Of a stretch of DNA of 64,000 nt, positions 13,101 to 25,800 are shown one piece after another. The DNA is taken from positions 186,001 through 250,000 of the forward strand of contig JADIIX010000006.1 of NCBI GenBank assembly GCA_027604505.1. Reading direction: 5' to 3'. Origin of the DNA: Gonapodya sp. JEL0774 (taxonomy: Eukaryota). The notes under the pieces are model-generated. The model was not told the origin of the DNA, searched no databases, and saw only the letters and a list, made by a program, of their open reading frames with translations. Made by a program: the position numbers and the translations under genes. The number at the start of each line of letters is the position of its first letter. The first letter of the stretch is position 1.

Positions 13101-14813
13101 CTTCATACTAACAATTGTCTTTCCAAGACCCTAATGAACATTGCGACAGGATAGCGTCAAAAAATCTTCGCTATCTCCTACACTTCTGGCCTACCCACCA
13201 TTTCATCTCCCACCAAACCCCCCACTTCTCTTCGCCTCAGTTCCCAGAGCCATCTCACCCCGGTTTTCTGGTAGTCCAATAGCTTCCGCCACACATCACC
13301 TGGCACGGTAAGCCGAGCATCTAGCGCGTGGTCGCCATACGTGGGGTCCGGAAGGAACGGCTCTGAGGAGTCGAGGAGGGTGTCAACATCCTCAGATTCT
13401 GATTCGGAATCTGTATCACGGGCGGGCAAAGTTTCGAGGTCATTGTTTGCTGCACGAGCTCGTTGGCGTGCCCTACACCAGCGGACCATTCGAGACCTGT
13501 AAACTGACTCATCACCGTCGTCTGCGTACATCACGAAGTCTTTTGCACCGAGTAAGCGGGACGGACCCATACGAGAGTCAGATGCAGATTTATCCGAATC
13601 GGAAGCAGAAGCAGAATCATCATCAGAAGTGGAGTCGGCACTGGAAAGACTGCTTCCAAAGCTGTCATCGTCGTTGTTGGAAGGGTTCTGGCGTCGTCGT
13701 TTAGCTACACGACTAGTTGAGCCACTGGTCGACAGAGCTACGTTATGGCTCTCATCACCTTCTTCTTCTGAGTCATCAGACGCGAGTATTATTCGGCGCT
13801 TATGAGGGCGATGTTGGCGAGTATGGGATTTTTGAGGGACCAACGGAGACGAGGCGGTGCTGAGGGGTCGAATATTGGAGGGGGGAGCCGGAGCAAGGGG
13901 ACGAACTGAAGAGCGAGGGGTCATAGTGCTGTCTCCACCACTGGTTGAGCTCGACAGAAGCAAGTCCCTTGCACCGTTCGTCCCGCGTAATGTATCATCG
14001 TTATTGATCGATCTTGTGAAGCCGTCCAGTGATTGAAACGGCGTGATCTTTCCCTCGCGAATCAGTCGTTCGCGTTCAGACTCTTTGGGATGCAGAGCAG
14101 ACGACAAAGAGGAGGCGCCAGAAAGGGCACCTGCGTCACGCTCACGCTCAGATAGGCGCGCGCGAATTTCAGCTAATTCGCTTTCATGGTGAGCAATTGC
14201 GGTACGCTGTGGCATAAAAGCCTCGAAGTGGCAGAGCGTCTCTTGAAGAATGCTAGAATTGTGCTCACCAATTCCTGTAGCTGATCACGAATGACATGTT
14301 TTTCAGCAAGTGGGGTTGAAGGGTGGCCGAGCCGACGTGACTGGGTCTGTATTTTTGTCTTGAGGTCTGAGATCTCCTTTGCAGTCTTCCGGAGTCGTTT
14401 CTGATCGGCGGCATCGTCTTGTGCACGAAGCCGCTCATCAACCTAATAAAATTATTAATATTTGAGTTAAAAGGGAGGAAACGAGTATCTGATTTGCCTG
14501 AGACTCCCGTTTCGGCAAATGCGAAGATAGCATTTCTCCATGTCACCAATTCTTCGAGCACTGAACACACCTGCAACATTAGTAAGCGTTCTAGGTCATC
14601 CTGTGCTGCTACTCCACCAAGAACTGATTCGCCAGGGGCATCTCCCAAACGGAGGGCGAGAGCAGAGATCTCCGACCCGCTATTGGGAAAAGACCCGGGA
14701 ATATGGACAGCCGAGCGAACATCGAAATGGTCGTACGCAACGCTGGAAGGTCCGCTCTTCTTCTTGCGCACCCCAATGGTGTATTTCAAACCACCCCGTT
14801 CTTGTTCATTCAT
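10173..14813 (-). CDS. RAD26: SNF2-family transcription-coupled repair ATPase Rad26/CSB (ERCC6)
   Basis: [79 protein letters not shown] motif and C-terminal winged-helix region. Start approximate. Confidence 0.93.
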
Positions 14814-14927
14814 TTTGCAATTCTGATGATAATGAAGACAGCACTTGCATGGCCACCCCGGTGGTGTCCACAGCATGCTTGAACACTCGCGCTCGGACAA
14901 ATTAATCATTTGTTGCACCATTGACAA

Positions 14928-17028
14928 ATGGGCGAGCAGCTGCTTTCAATTCTTGCGCGACTCGCCAAGGAGAATCTTCAGCCCCCGTCTGCGCCTACTG
15001 TGACTGCGCTCCCCCAATCACACGTAACAAATGGCCCAGAGAGCGACGATTGGACAATCGTCGCCAACCCAGGTAAGAGCCTTCATTTCGTGATTCAGGC
15101 ACTAGCTAGCCGACAATCTTTGGTTACCACTTCATGCGATTCTGTTTAACCTCATTCTCCCGCATTTTTGACGATCCCGACACTGGGACACACCCTGCTC
15201 GATTTCCTTTCATACTCCATTGCAAATATCATGAATTTGACGTTAATAATGAAATCACGGGACTCGGCGTCTGTGGTGGCCGATATTAGACGAAGAAAAT
15301 GACTCGCGGGACCCACGCTGGCAAAATCTCTTCCACCATTATTTCATCAGTCCCCCTGAACCGGTCGTGACCCTCTGCTTTGACACAGATAATGCTCGTT
15401 CCTCTTCTGTATCATTGGACGAGCAGACGCGAAGGGAAGACGATGAGCGCGACGATATGCTCTTTTTTGTGAAACGAAACCGATCTCCTCCTTCAGAAGG
15501 TGGCGCGCTGATAGTCAGACGGAAAGTGTCCACGTCAATGCCCAGTCTGCCAGAACCGGTGGACTGGAAAGCGACTTTTTGGCTGAATGTCGTCTTGCAG
15601 TGCGTGTGCAGACTCACTGTGACTGTGTGTCACAGGGAGACTGTGAATGAGGATGGAGGAGATTTGAAGGATGGGGGGCCGAAGAATTCCACTGGATCGA
15701 TTGGGAGTGATGCCAAGGACGATGGTTCAAAGAGACGTGCTGTCATGATACCACTCAGGAGAATCAGTCGGAAAGGTGAATTTACCCTTCGTGAACGCTT
15801 GTTTGCTGTGGTAGTAAGTTAATATCTATCACCGTCCCCTAGTGTATCCATCCGCCTACCGCACCAACATGGCGTTCAAAGAGTCTGCGCACGAACCCTG
15901 CTTCCCACATGTGTATTTTACTCAACTGAATTTCCAAGACTCAGAACTTCACCTCGATGTATGCCCTGGTGAATGGCTCTGTGTGGAACTTGCCATCCTT
16001 CTCCCGGGTGGGGGCGGCTCTTCCATTGGCGGCAGTGCCAATGGAAGCCCAATAGTGGGTAGGCGTGGCGTCGGTGTTGCAGGGGAGGGCCTCGCCGACG
16101 TGGATGCGTTCTACGACCTGCCCATGACAAGCAAGGTTGCAGTGGCCCCTCTTCTGAGAAGAGCATCCACCTCTTCCCCTTCTCTGTCGGCTTCAACGGG
16201 ATCTCTGGGACGGCCGTCGTTTCCGACAGGCTCGACTCCAATCCACTTGGTGCACCCGTTTCCTACGCCTCCGAATCACCGAAAGGTGGTACTCTTTCAA
16301 GGTGCGGTGGCATACACCGCTCTTCAGGAAGTCTACATGCAAAAGTCGTTATCATCCAGCAAGACTAGTCCTCCAAGTGGAGTATTCAGCTTATTTCGGA
16401 GTGCGAATGACAAGGGACTCGATCGAGGTCAGACCTGGTCGTTGTTTGGACTGTTTGATACTGCTGGAAAGGCGGATAAAGACAAATCCAAAGGTGGAGA
16501 TGGCGAGGAAATTCTGGAGTTCATTATGATGAGAGGACCTAAGGGCAAAGGGCAGTGTCAGGTATGTCTCACTCCATTGATTTTGCTGGGACCCTCAAGA
16601 TCCCGTCACGCTATCTTTAGGTCGCTGTTGCAAAATCGACCCGCCCTACGGGCCACTCGCATCCCCTACTTCAGCGCGCGCCTTCCACTCCGCCTTTGAG
16701 TATCCCGCGAACAACTCCCCTAAACAACCTTCCCCCTGCAGGGAGCACTGATTCAGAATCGCATCGTGCATCCTTTGATACCCGTGCATCGTTTGTACGA
16801 TCCAGGCGGGCATTCACACGGCCGCCATCACTCATAGGTCCAGAAGGCAAACTGGATGTCGAAGAGAGACCAACTGCGTTGAAGGCTTCCATGACATTCA
16901 TAACTGTGCCATTTGGTAGTGTTGCAAGGTGAGATTCGAATCTTTGGTCGGTCACCTGTTTGTTACGTGTCTGATTCTTTGGAGATAATAGGGATTTGAC
17001 AGAATTTTACAGCAAGAGGCGCCACTGA
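14928..17028 (+). CDS. KIAA0930 / DUF2045 family uncharacterised protein
   Basis: Blocks DDMLFFV, VDWKATFWLNVVLQ..LTVTVC, VYPS, FPHVYF, LFQGAVAY, EFIMMRGPKGKGQCQV and LKASMTFITVP resemble the KIAA0930 family (recognised from memory). Confidence 0.75.
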
Positions 17029-17253
17029 AGCAACTCAAACTATCCACTCGTTTTGAATTTTCGCACTGGCAAACCTTGCCTTGGACATTCACATGACTTA
17101 CAACAAATGGGCTCCGTATGCCCGCGGGATAATAATTAGTTTCGTTGCAAGAAGTTGTAAAGTTTGCAGTTTGATTGGTATTTTACACAATGACTAGTCA
17201 CTCAAAGCTATTGGAAGATAAAGCATGCGCGCCATTAGTGGACATCTCGTGGT

Positions 17254-18961
17254 CTAGTTAATGAACTGTGTGGCGGACGAAAGAGAAGCGTGAGCGTGGC
17301 AATGGCTAAGAATCGCCAAGTCACTTACCTGAGACAGGTAGGTCTCAGCGACAATACTAGATGTGTCGGGAAGATACAAAAGGAACACACATCAAGACAG
17401 GTCACATCAAAAGGTTGACACGAGTCCACTGATTTGCTTCATGGAGGGCGCTTGCCACGTATCTGTACATTAACACCCCCAGAGACCACCTTATGTACTC
17501 ACCGAGCTCTCGCATTGATGCTGAGCTTCATTTCCGAAATCTCCTTGTCTACATCTTCCATGAATTGGAGAATAAAATCGACGAGCTTATGCTTATACAT
17601 CTGCTCGGTGTGGAAGTTTGTTATGAGGAAGGAAATGTCATAGCCCTTCAAATATATGGATGAGTCAGGTCAGACCGACCAATTAATCTGACAATGACGG
17701 TGGCCGAACTCTTCCACGTCGCATAGAGTTCAAAATTTCCGTGGTTGGTGGTATGTCTGCCTCTCATTCTGTCTGTTATGGCTTCCAAAGCATACTTCCT
17801 TCTGGAATTCAAGTTATTCCACCAGAAGTACAGCCGAGGTTATCACACGTTTCTCCAAATTTCCATATTATGAGGCTGCAACAGAAAATCGTAAATCCTC
17901 AACAAACCCCACTACAGGTGGCTCCTGCAACCGGAAAACAAATACTCCTTCCCCGCCAAACAACCCTTATGCGTGTTCAACTCACCTCCACAGGCTTTCT
18001 CCGTAGCACCACAAAGCCTTCGGCTCTCTGTGTCAAGAAACTGGTAAACTTATGGCACAGGATTCGCTCCAGATCATCCGACTGCTTGATTTTGATGGAT
18101 ACCCGAACCGCATTAACAGACGCCTCCACCAATACCCGCTCGTTTTCATTCCGAGAAATGATTAGAGGGGCCAGAAGAACTTCTTTGGACATGCTGTATG
18201 GTGAAGTTGAAGACATCGGAATGTGATGAGAGACGTAACATCTAGGGTTGAACCGAGCTAGGTGTGTGGGACAAGGGAACCTATTCCAGCTTTAATGCCA
18301 TCACCATTTGCGCGAATTCGTTCAGAATAGCAGGGAGGTGTGATTATATAACCAAGGAGGCTAAACGACTGAGTGGCATGATTTCCGGCACGGCTTGGAT
18401 GGAGTCTTCACACACAAGCCAGTAGATGACCCACAGAAGAGACTAATGCATCCACGTATGTCCCGTAACAGCAATGCCACTATCGTCAGTGCGCAATTCC
18501 TTCACGTTGCCAAAGTGCAAAGCAGATATTCTCAAGATTTCAGGATAATGTACAGACTATCCGTTGGGTCACCAACCACCTCCTGCTCCCACGTCCAAGC
18601 GAACGTCAGAAGAATTCGACGTCTCTTCGCTTAAAAACATCATCTCCATTCATGTCGAACAGCCAGAACTGAGGCTCTCAGGTCCATCATTTCGCAGTTC
18701 CCTGAGTTTTCATCCACGCACCGGGCCTCGACTTCGGGTTTATTGTGCCTTTCCACCACCTGAGATGAAAAGTTCTCGAGACACATCGCTGCCGAAAGGG
18801 TCGACCGGACGGCGGTGAGGTACGGTCGGAGGGTATTCGCCTTCAACCAGTACGACCAGCCACCATGTGTGCAGAGAGGGGGTGAAGACCAAGCAAACTC
18901 TTAGCATTGAGAAGTAGCATCTTGTTGACAGAAAACAGAGCGGAGGATTGTCACCGACCAT
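17254..18961 (-). CDS. ARPC4: Arp2/3 complex subunit 4 (p20-Arc)
   Basis: [92 protein letters not shown]; ends FIN*. Six exons. Confidence 0.97.
18599..18695 (-). ncRNA. Candidate intronic box C/D snoRNA in ARPC4 intron 2
   Basis: Intron-sense sequence reads GCGAA-AUGAUGG ... AUGA ... AUGAUG ... CUGA-CG-UUCGC: near-consensus C box, D box, possible D'/C' boxes and a 5-bp terminal stem, ~97 nt. No target identified. Confidence 0.4.
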
Positions 18962-19306
18962 TGTGGGCTGTAGTTGTAAACTCAGGAAAGAGTGCAGTAT
19001 GGCTGGAGCAAACAACAGGTGGTCATATCTTAGTGAGAGACACTACATATAATGACCACACTACACTTCACAACTTTGAGGTGTAGTTTCAGAGATGTCG
19101 ATCTATTTGCGACAAAAATGCTTGAATTGGTGTTTTACGTCGTACATACATACCGTCCTCTTCACCGCGCCCGTATCAATTGGCTTTGAACACAAGAAGC
19201 TGGGGGCAATTACGGGATTACGGGATTCCAACGTGTCCGTTGCTGTGGAAGCCCCCTGGATTTTTTTTGTATATTGTAGTTATTCCTGGAACCCGTATTC
19301 AACGCT

Positions 19307-20722
19307 ATGTCGACTCTTGCCCCATTGATGGCAATCACATCGCGTGCGCAGTCTGTGCGCCACCTCGTGCCCATCTTGTCTCGCCGCGGGTATCAATGGT
19401 CCTATCCCCAACCCTCGTTTCTTAGTAACCATTCGTTAACCGCTGTACCTCGAAGAAATGTCGTGCACGGACCAGTACGCGCAATTCTCGCCCAGGAACC
19501 GGTCATTTTTGGTGGGGTTTTCTTTGATGAGGCACCATCTTGTCTTTCACCTTGAACTGTCTCGCTATCCTTTCCCCCAGACGACTCTCCAACCTCACCG
19601 TCATGGACGAATCCGGGTGAGGTCTGGTCGTGGTTGAAAAAACAGGCCCGATCCGTGTGGGCTCTGCGAGAAGTGCGCGCTGCTGTCCCTGGGTTCTCCA
19701 ACAAGGCATTTTTAAGCGAGGCAGAAACTCTGTACTCAAAAATGAATGATTGTTTTGCGAGGTAAGTCTCCAGTGCATGGCAATGGCGAAAGAAGCACAG
19801 GTGCTCACAGCGCTTTGTCATGAGTGGACATCGTTTGGGACGATGGCTAGTACACGAGTCACAACGAGCATGACGCGCATTGATTATTTGAAAGCTCCAA
19901 ACTTGAGCGTTGCTCCGTTGCCATACGGATCCTAAAACTATCCCGTTCCAGGGCCGACCTCCCCTCCCTCTCCCTCCTGACCACGGATGGACTTTTCTCC
20001 TCTCTCCAGCGTGACATGAAACGTCGTGAGCGTGGCGTCAAGTATGAATGGCGAGACGAAGGGAGTTGGCAAGCGAGTAAAATTACGGGCGCTGCAGTCG
20101 CAAAGGGTATGGGATCCGAAAAGGTGATTCTTGTGGTGCGGTCGAGAGGGGTTATGTGCAGGATTGAACATGAAGGCGGAGAATGGTGTGGTGCGAGTGT
20201 TGAAAGTGTAGGTTGTTGTCACGGAATCTCAACTGCACAGAATGGCGAGCTTAATAGGTAGCGCGACGTTGCTTCCGAAGCTTTGTCTCCACGCCAGTGA
20301 TTCCGATCCGCATTTCCACCTTCCCCCTTTGACGCTTCCATACTTGCGACATGCGATTGTCTTATCAAATAACTGGTCTCACCACCCCCACGCATATGAT
20401 ATAGGTTGCACAAATAACTGTCCGGATACGACGACGGCAGGTGAGAAATTGCGTTCTGTTTCAATGTGTATCGGTTTTGCGAACGGGCATGCCTGCCATG
20501 GTAGCAGCATACGCAGAGATTTGATGAACCCCTCCTTTCTTTCCGGATGATGCTCAGACTCTGCTCATCCATTCTCTCAGCTCCTCGTCCCGTCCGAACG
20601 TACCCCGTTCTGCGAACCTCGACGAACTTGTGGTGTTCGAGCGGCATCTGGAAGGGCCTGGCCCTGGACAACGAAGTGGGTGGAGAGTGGCGGGGAAGGT
20701 GGGAGAGGCGAAGGATAAGTGA
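19307..20722 (+). CDS. Tim44-like domain protein, Mba1 / mitochondrial ribosomal mL45 family
   Basis: Six GT-AG exons join in frame: basic presequence-like N-terminus, FLSEAETLYSKMNDCFARADL, KYEW, VAQITVR, DELVVFERHL...WRVAGKV. Not visible as one ORF in the track. Confidence 0.8.
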
Positions 20723-21293
20723 CACGGGCAGTTATGGAGGATATAATGTGCGGAATAGAGACATCCCACTTTTGAATAATTTTCGAGATTAATTTGAAGC
20801 CCACTGTTGTTGTCTCCCAACGTCTGTAAATGGCCTGTTAGAAGCAGAAAAGACGTTTTCTGTGGTTTCTGTGTGTCTCTTGGAGTCTCAGAGTTGGACG
20901 TGAGTGAGTCCCTCAACGTGCCAACATAACTTTATTTGGAGAGTGTGGGTTGAGATTTCATGTGATGTCGCGCGCGAACAGGAAGATCGTGTTCGAGAGA
21001 TACTGTTCCATCTCTGTCGAGAAATTGCAACAATTACAAGTACAATATGTATCTGGAGATGAGCGACGGGAGCGACCAGCAAGATGTTGTGGCTGGCCAG
21101 ACACGTTCTCTGTAAGCTTTCCATTGCTTTCACTTCCGTGAATATCGCAAAATTAAACGGCCTCATCCACACCCTCTGCCACGCTAGAGTGCTCCAAAAG
21201 TCAGTGGGGAATCCAAGTTTGAAGATCTTAAGTCCCGCATTTTAAAGGAGAATGGGCCATACAGAGAGACCCGTAACGTGCACACTATCAACA

Positions 21294-21689
21294 TCAAGCC
21301 ATCCTCTTCAGCCATCACCCATCGGGGTGAAGCCACAAAAACAAATTAGAATAAACCTTTTCATGCTTAAATAGACCCCCCGACTGACTTACCCTCAACT
21401 TCCAGTAACATTTGTAGCACGCGTGATTGACCACCTTCCACTCCCCACACAGTGGGCATTTCTGCACATCTCTTCGTTCCTTTAGACGATATTCAGGAGA
21501 ATTGAGTCGAGTGCGTTTCACGGAGCGGGGTACTCGGCGCTTGGGGACAGCGAGAAGGATGGACGGCAGAAGAAGGGGGAGTTGGAGAGAGAGGGAGAGA
21601 GAGGAGAGGGAGGGAAGCCGCGCGAGCGAGGAAGAAAATTCTAGCAATGAAAGTCCTGGCACGCGAATGGATGTGATGGTGGATGCCAT
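21294..21689 (-). CDS. MRPL32: Mitochondrial ribosomal protein bL32m
   Basis: Presequence followed by LAVPKRRV..SVKRTR and zinc ribbon CPLCG.WKVVNHACYKC. Probable short last exon (RMA*). Confidence 0.88.
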
Positions 21690-22889
21690 GGGGCAGGAGG
21701 GAATGAACAATGAATCCGTGTTGAGAGCATCCAAGAAAACCGACCACTCTTCTGGGCTCATGACCTCAGGTTACAACCACTACTAAATATCATCCTCTCG
21801 TCGCCACACGTTACTTCATGAAAAGAGCGAACTCATCCACACTACTCGAACTTCCATAATTATTATCAGGTACACAAACACACAGTTCTACCCCAGCGCG
21901 AAACAGAACACAAATCTCCTCCATAAAAATGTAAAATGTGCGTGCTCAAGGGGACGTCCGAGTCTCGAGCCCCGTATTGGGGACACCGAGTTATGAACGG
22001 GCACGGAGCGCGACCAATGAAGGCCTCACCCCTCAGTAAAGAGCTATAGCTTCAATTTTCCAAGGGACCGAGCACACCGAAAGTATGAAGTGACTGTCGG
22101 TGAGACTCTAATGGTCTTGGGTTGAAGTTCAACAGAGAATACAGGGCTGAGAAGGGAAGAAAACCAACGGACTCAAACCAAAAGATTGACGAAACAGAGG
22201 TCAAAAAAATCAAGAAAAGATCAAAATACCAACTCAGTGGTGGGTGTCGGGCTGTTGCTCCATTCCCCACCCAAATCGTCAACACTGGCACTATCTGCCC
22301 GAACACTCCACCGAGTTCCGAGAGATAATATCAAAGCTGACATCAAGGCGCCAAATGGAGGGTCATATCAGAATGTTCGACGAAATGCAGGTTCCCCGAG
22401 CAGGTGAAAGAGTGCACTTAAACCCTTGCCGAGCCACAAACTTGGCATACTCCCCGACACCACAAGTTCCTGCGTTGCGGCGACAGTCAAATTCCTGCAT
22501 GATATCATAGCTGTGTGAGTTCAGCTAGGGAGTCACTTCAGCTTCCAGGGGGTTGGTACATGGAGATAAGGAAAGGATGTCCACCGGGAAGCCTGCATCT
22601 AGAATTCCATACTTAGCACAGCTCATGGCGTCGAAGAATTCCAGCAGCCTGAAGTCCTAGGTACTGGAGATTACGGTGTGGACGATCTCGGATTTGACAT
22701 GTGCCGTCCAACCTGGAGAGCGAACACCAATGTGGACACACTTGGAACGGGAGCATTCCCGAACAAATGCGGTTGGGTGACTCCCCTCTAGTGATGGTTC
22801 TTTAGGAATAAAATGAAAGAGTGAGGGAGAAAAAATTTTACTTGCTCCTTCTGGTACTTCAACACATCAGCGACCAAAGCAAACTCAAA

Positions 22890-25800
22890 ATGGAACGGGA
22901 GCGCAAGCGGCGAACGCCGCCTGACGGAGATGCGGATGTTCATGGAGGGATCCTTGCCACCGCTCTGCATCCGCGGAAACAGCAGCGGATATGGTCCAGT
23001 GATGAGGACCGAGAGGGAGAGAAGCTTGGAAGAGGACAACGGGAGAGAGGAGGCGAAATGGAGTCAGGCCGAGATATCGAAGAGGTTGTTATCTTTGATC
23101 CTTTCGAAGCTCTCTCTATCCTCAACATTCGCGCAGTTTGTTGTCCCCTAACTCCAAAAATGTGCGGTGATCCATTCCCCACCAGGAGCACCTTCTCAAT
23201 TTCCAAAAAGAGGCCATTTTCAGACAAATGAATGAATACAAGCGAATGTTTCAGCGTGCAGAACAGCGCCTTCAAGAGGTTGACGAACAGAGGAAGATAA
23301 TGGACATCTCGCTGGCTCACCTTACAGCATTCTGGGCTCAGGTTGGTGTGAATGGGATACCGAACGGACTATTCATAGGCCGTATTTCTCCGGTGGTGGG
23401 AAGGGAACCGGCTGGTATCAAATGCCTCTCAGTTTTCCCGTTGCAAATCTGCACCCCACATTCAGAGTTTGTGGTAGTCGGTTGATTGCGACTGAGGAAT
23501 GCTTCCACATTTTGGTTGCACTTCATAACTAAAATAAAGCGGGAACGGGTGAGAGCTAAGGAAGAAGTAAAATCTGATCTCAACAGGAGATTTCCAAACT
23601 CTTGTGGGGAGGCCAAATCTCTTTATTTTCTTTGCAGCAGCAACTCAGAGGGGTTCTAGAGATGCGTCATCAGTTGGTGACCATTCAGTTATTCATATGC
23701 ACCGCCCTCTAGCTCCATGACCACCTTAACGGCCTCCTGCTAAATCTCAAAATTGCAACTGATTCCATTCCTGCGACTGGTGCGTCCCTTTTTCACTCAA
23801 TCCGCTCTGTATAATATAGCTGGACACACCTCCCCCCCCCCTCCCCCCCCCAAATTCACGTTCTCTCCCTCTAGCCACATCGTCAGCCTCACGGAACCCT
23901 CTGTCTCTGCCTTCCGCACTGTCCGACCCAACCACACTCTCTAAATTCCTTCATAACGCACTCCAGGGAGTCGTTGAGACAGCAGAACAACTTGAAAAGG
24001 AGGTGCGGAAAGCAGTTCAGGCAAGAGAGGACGTTGAGAGGAGGGTGGGTGAGCTTGGTCAAGGAGGTACGTTCTGGGTCTCTGGGGGAGATCAATTATT
24101 GAGAATCAGTTGATTGCTGTAGTGTGGGGAACTGCCACAGAGATGAGACGGCACAGCCACTGACGAACGCTCTCGCGGGTGTGAGTAGCATAGAATTTGC
24201 GGGTTGGGTGAAACGATTGAGTTCTTGAGTTTTAAGGCAGCCAATGGGGCCTAAAACGACGTTATGTGTCCACGACACTTTAGTGGCTATTCTTTGCTTC
24301 ACTCTGCACAAGCTCACCACGTTTGTTCGCGGGAAACTGTCCCTCCTACCGTCCCAGGCTCAACTGCCACAACAGCCCTGCTTCGTGAAGAAAACGCCCG
24401 TCTCCTCTCGCTACGTCGCTCTCTTACAGTGCAGCTGGAAACTCTTCACGCGACCCACGCGGCTGCCGTCACGCGTACCACCGAGCTTGAGGCACGACTC
24501 GAAATAATGGAAAAGCGAGAAGAAGAGGCCAGAGAAAAGACTGACCAAGTGGGAGAGGAACTAAGAAAGGCGGAGAGAAGAGTTGAGAGGTGGAAGGCGG
24601 AAGCAGATAAAGCGAAGAAGGACGCTTCGGCGGGAGTGGGGAGGGATCTTGGACCAGTGAAAAGTGAGGGAGGAGAGATGATCAAGAATGTGCGTTTCGA
24701 CTGCGACGGACAGATCCTTTGCTGCAAATGCACTGAGCACAGAAACTCCATTGTTAGGAGGAAAAGCAAGCACCTTCTTTGGGCAGCAACGACAATGAAT
24801 TCGACTCTGCCATTGCTGAACGGCGACTTGCTGATATTCACGCGCTACAGAGAGAGAACGGTCGACTCCGTACCGAACTGGATGAATGCAGAGTCAAGGT
24901 AGTATCAGTTCTCCCTCAAGAGGAGTCTCTTCATGCCTTCCTGAAACTCTCTGTCTGCCTGCCTCACCTCAGCTCACCGTTTTTGCCGATGATCGCGTAT
25001 TTGAATCACCACCATATCGAGCGGTCCAAGCTCAAATGAATCAACTTAAGTCCGAGCTAGAGAGGGATAAATTGGCACTTGACAAGGCTCTCAAAGAGGT
25101 GGAGGAGCTCAGAAGTGAGCGAAGGAAAGGAAGGGAGCAAATCGAAGTGAGTTGGGGTTTATGGGATAACAAATGCGTTCGGAGGAGTCTAAGTTTGCAT
25201 TATGGTTGCTGATGCATCAGTCCGAAGAACACGCACACCGCCGGGTTCTTGAATCCGAATTGCGTCGCCTCGAATCTGATCTGGTGAGGTTGCGCGGTGA
25301 ACGGGACAATGCTTTGCAGACACTCGCGCTTCGGGTTGCCAAGGACAATGCGGACATCATACAAAATCATGAGATCAAGGTTATTGCGAACTCGAGGAAG
25401 GTGGGACAGTCCCTTTTTTAATGGAGAACGACCAAACACTGATAGAAATGAATGCACACGGTAACTCGTTGGTACTGCACATGACGTTTGCTGTACAGGA
25501 CCGCATCGTAGCCCTGGAGGCGGAGGTTCAGCGATTGCGCATGAGCGCGGCCGCCGACGCCGGTGATAATTCTCTATTCGAACTCTGTGAGAAGATGACC
25601 GGGGATGAGGAGGCGCTGAAACATTTACAAGATCGCTTGGCGTGAGTTTGAGTTTCATGTATGTTGGTCATGTTCCTTGCAGTTGCCTGTGAAATCGGTT
25701 TTAGTCAACGGGAAGCAAGAATTACCGAGCTCACAGCGACGTTACGTGCATATGAGGAAGCAACTAAGGATCGCAACGTAAGACCATGTTGTGCGCTCGC

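Noticed and set aside
18243..18249. AACCCUA in the ARPC4 intron as a telomerase RNA template
   Set aside because: Only a 7-nt match, with no pseudoknot or CR4/5 element evident.
18686..18701. Resemblance to U14 snoRNA domain A (CAUUCGCAGUUUC)
   Set aside because: Imperfect match, antisense to the host intron, and no U14 domain B or flanking boxes on that strand.
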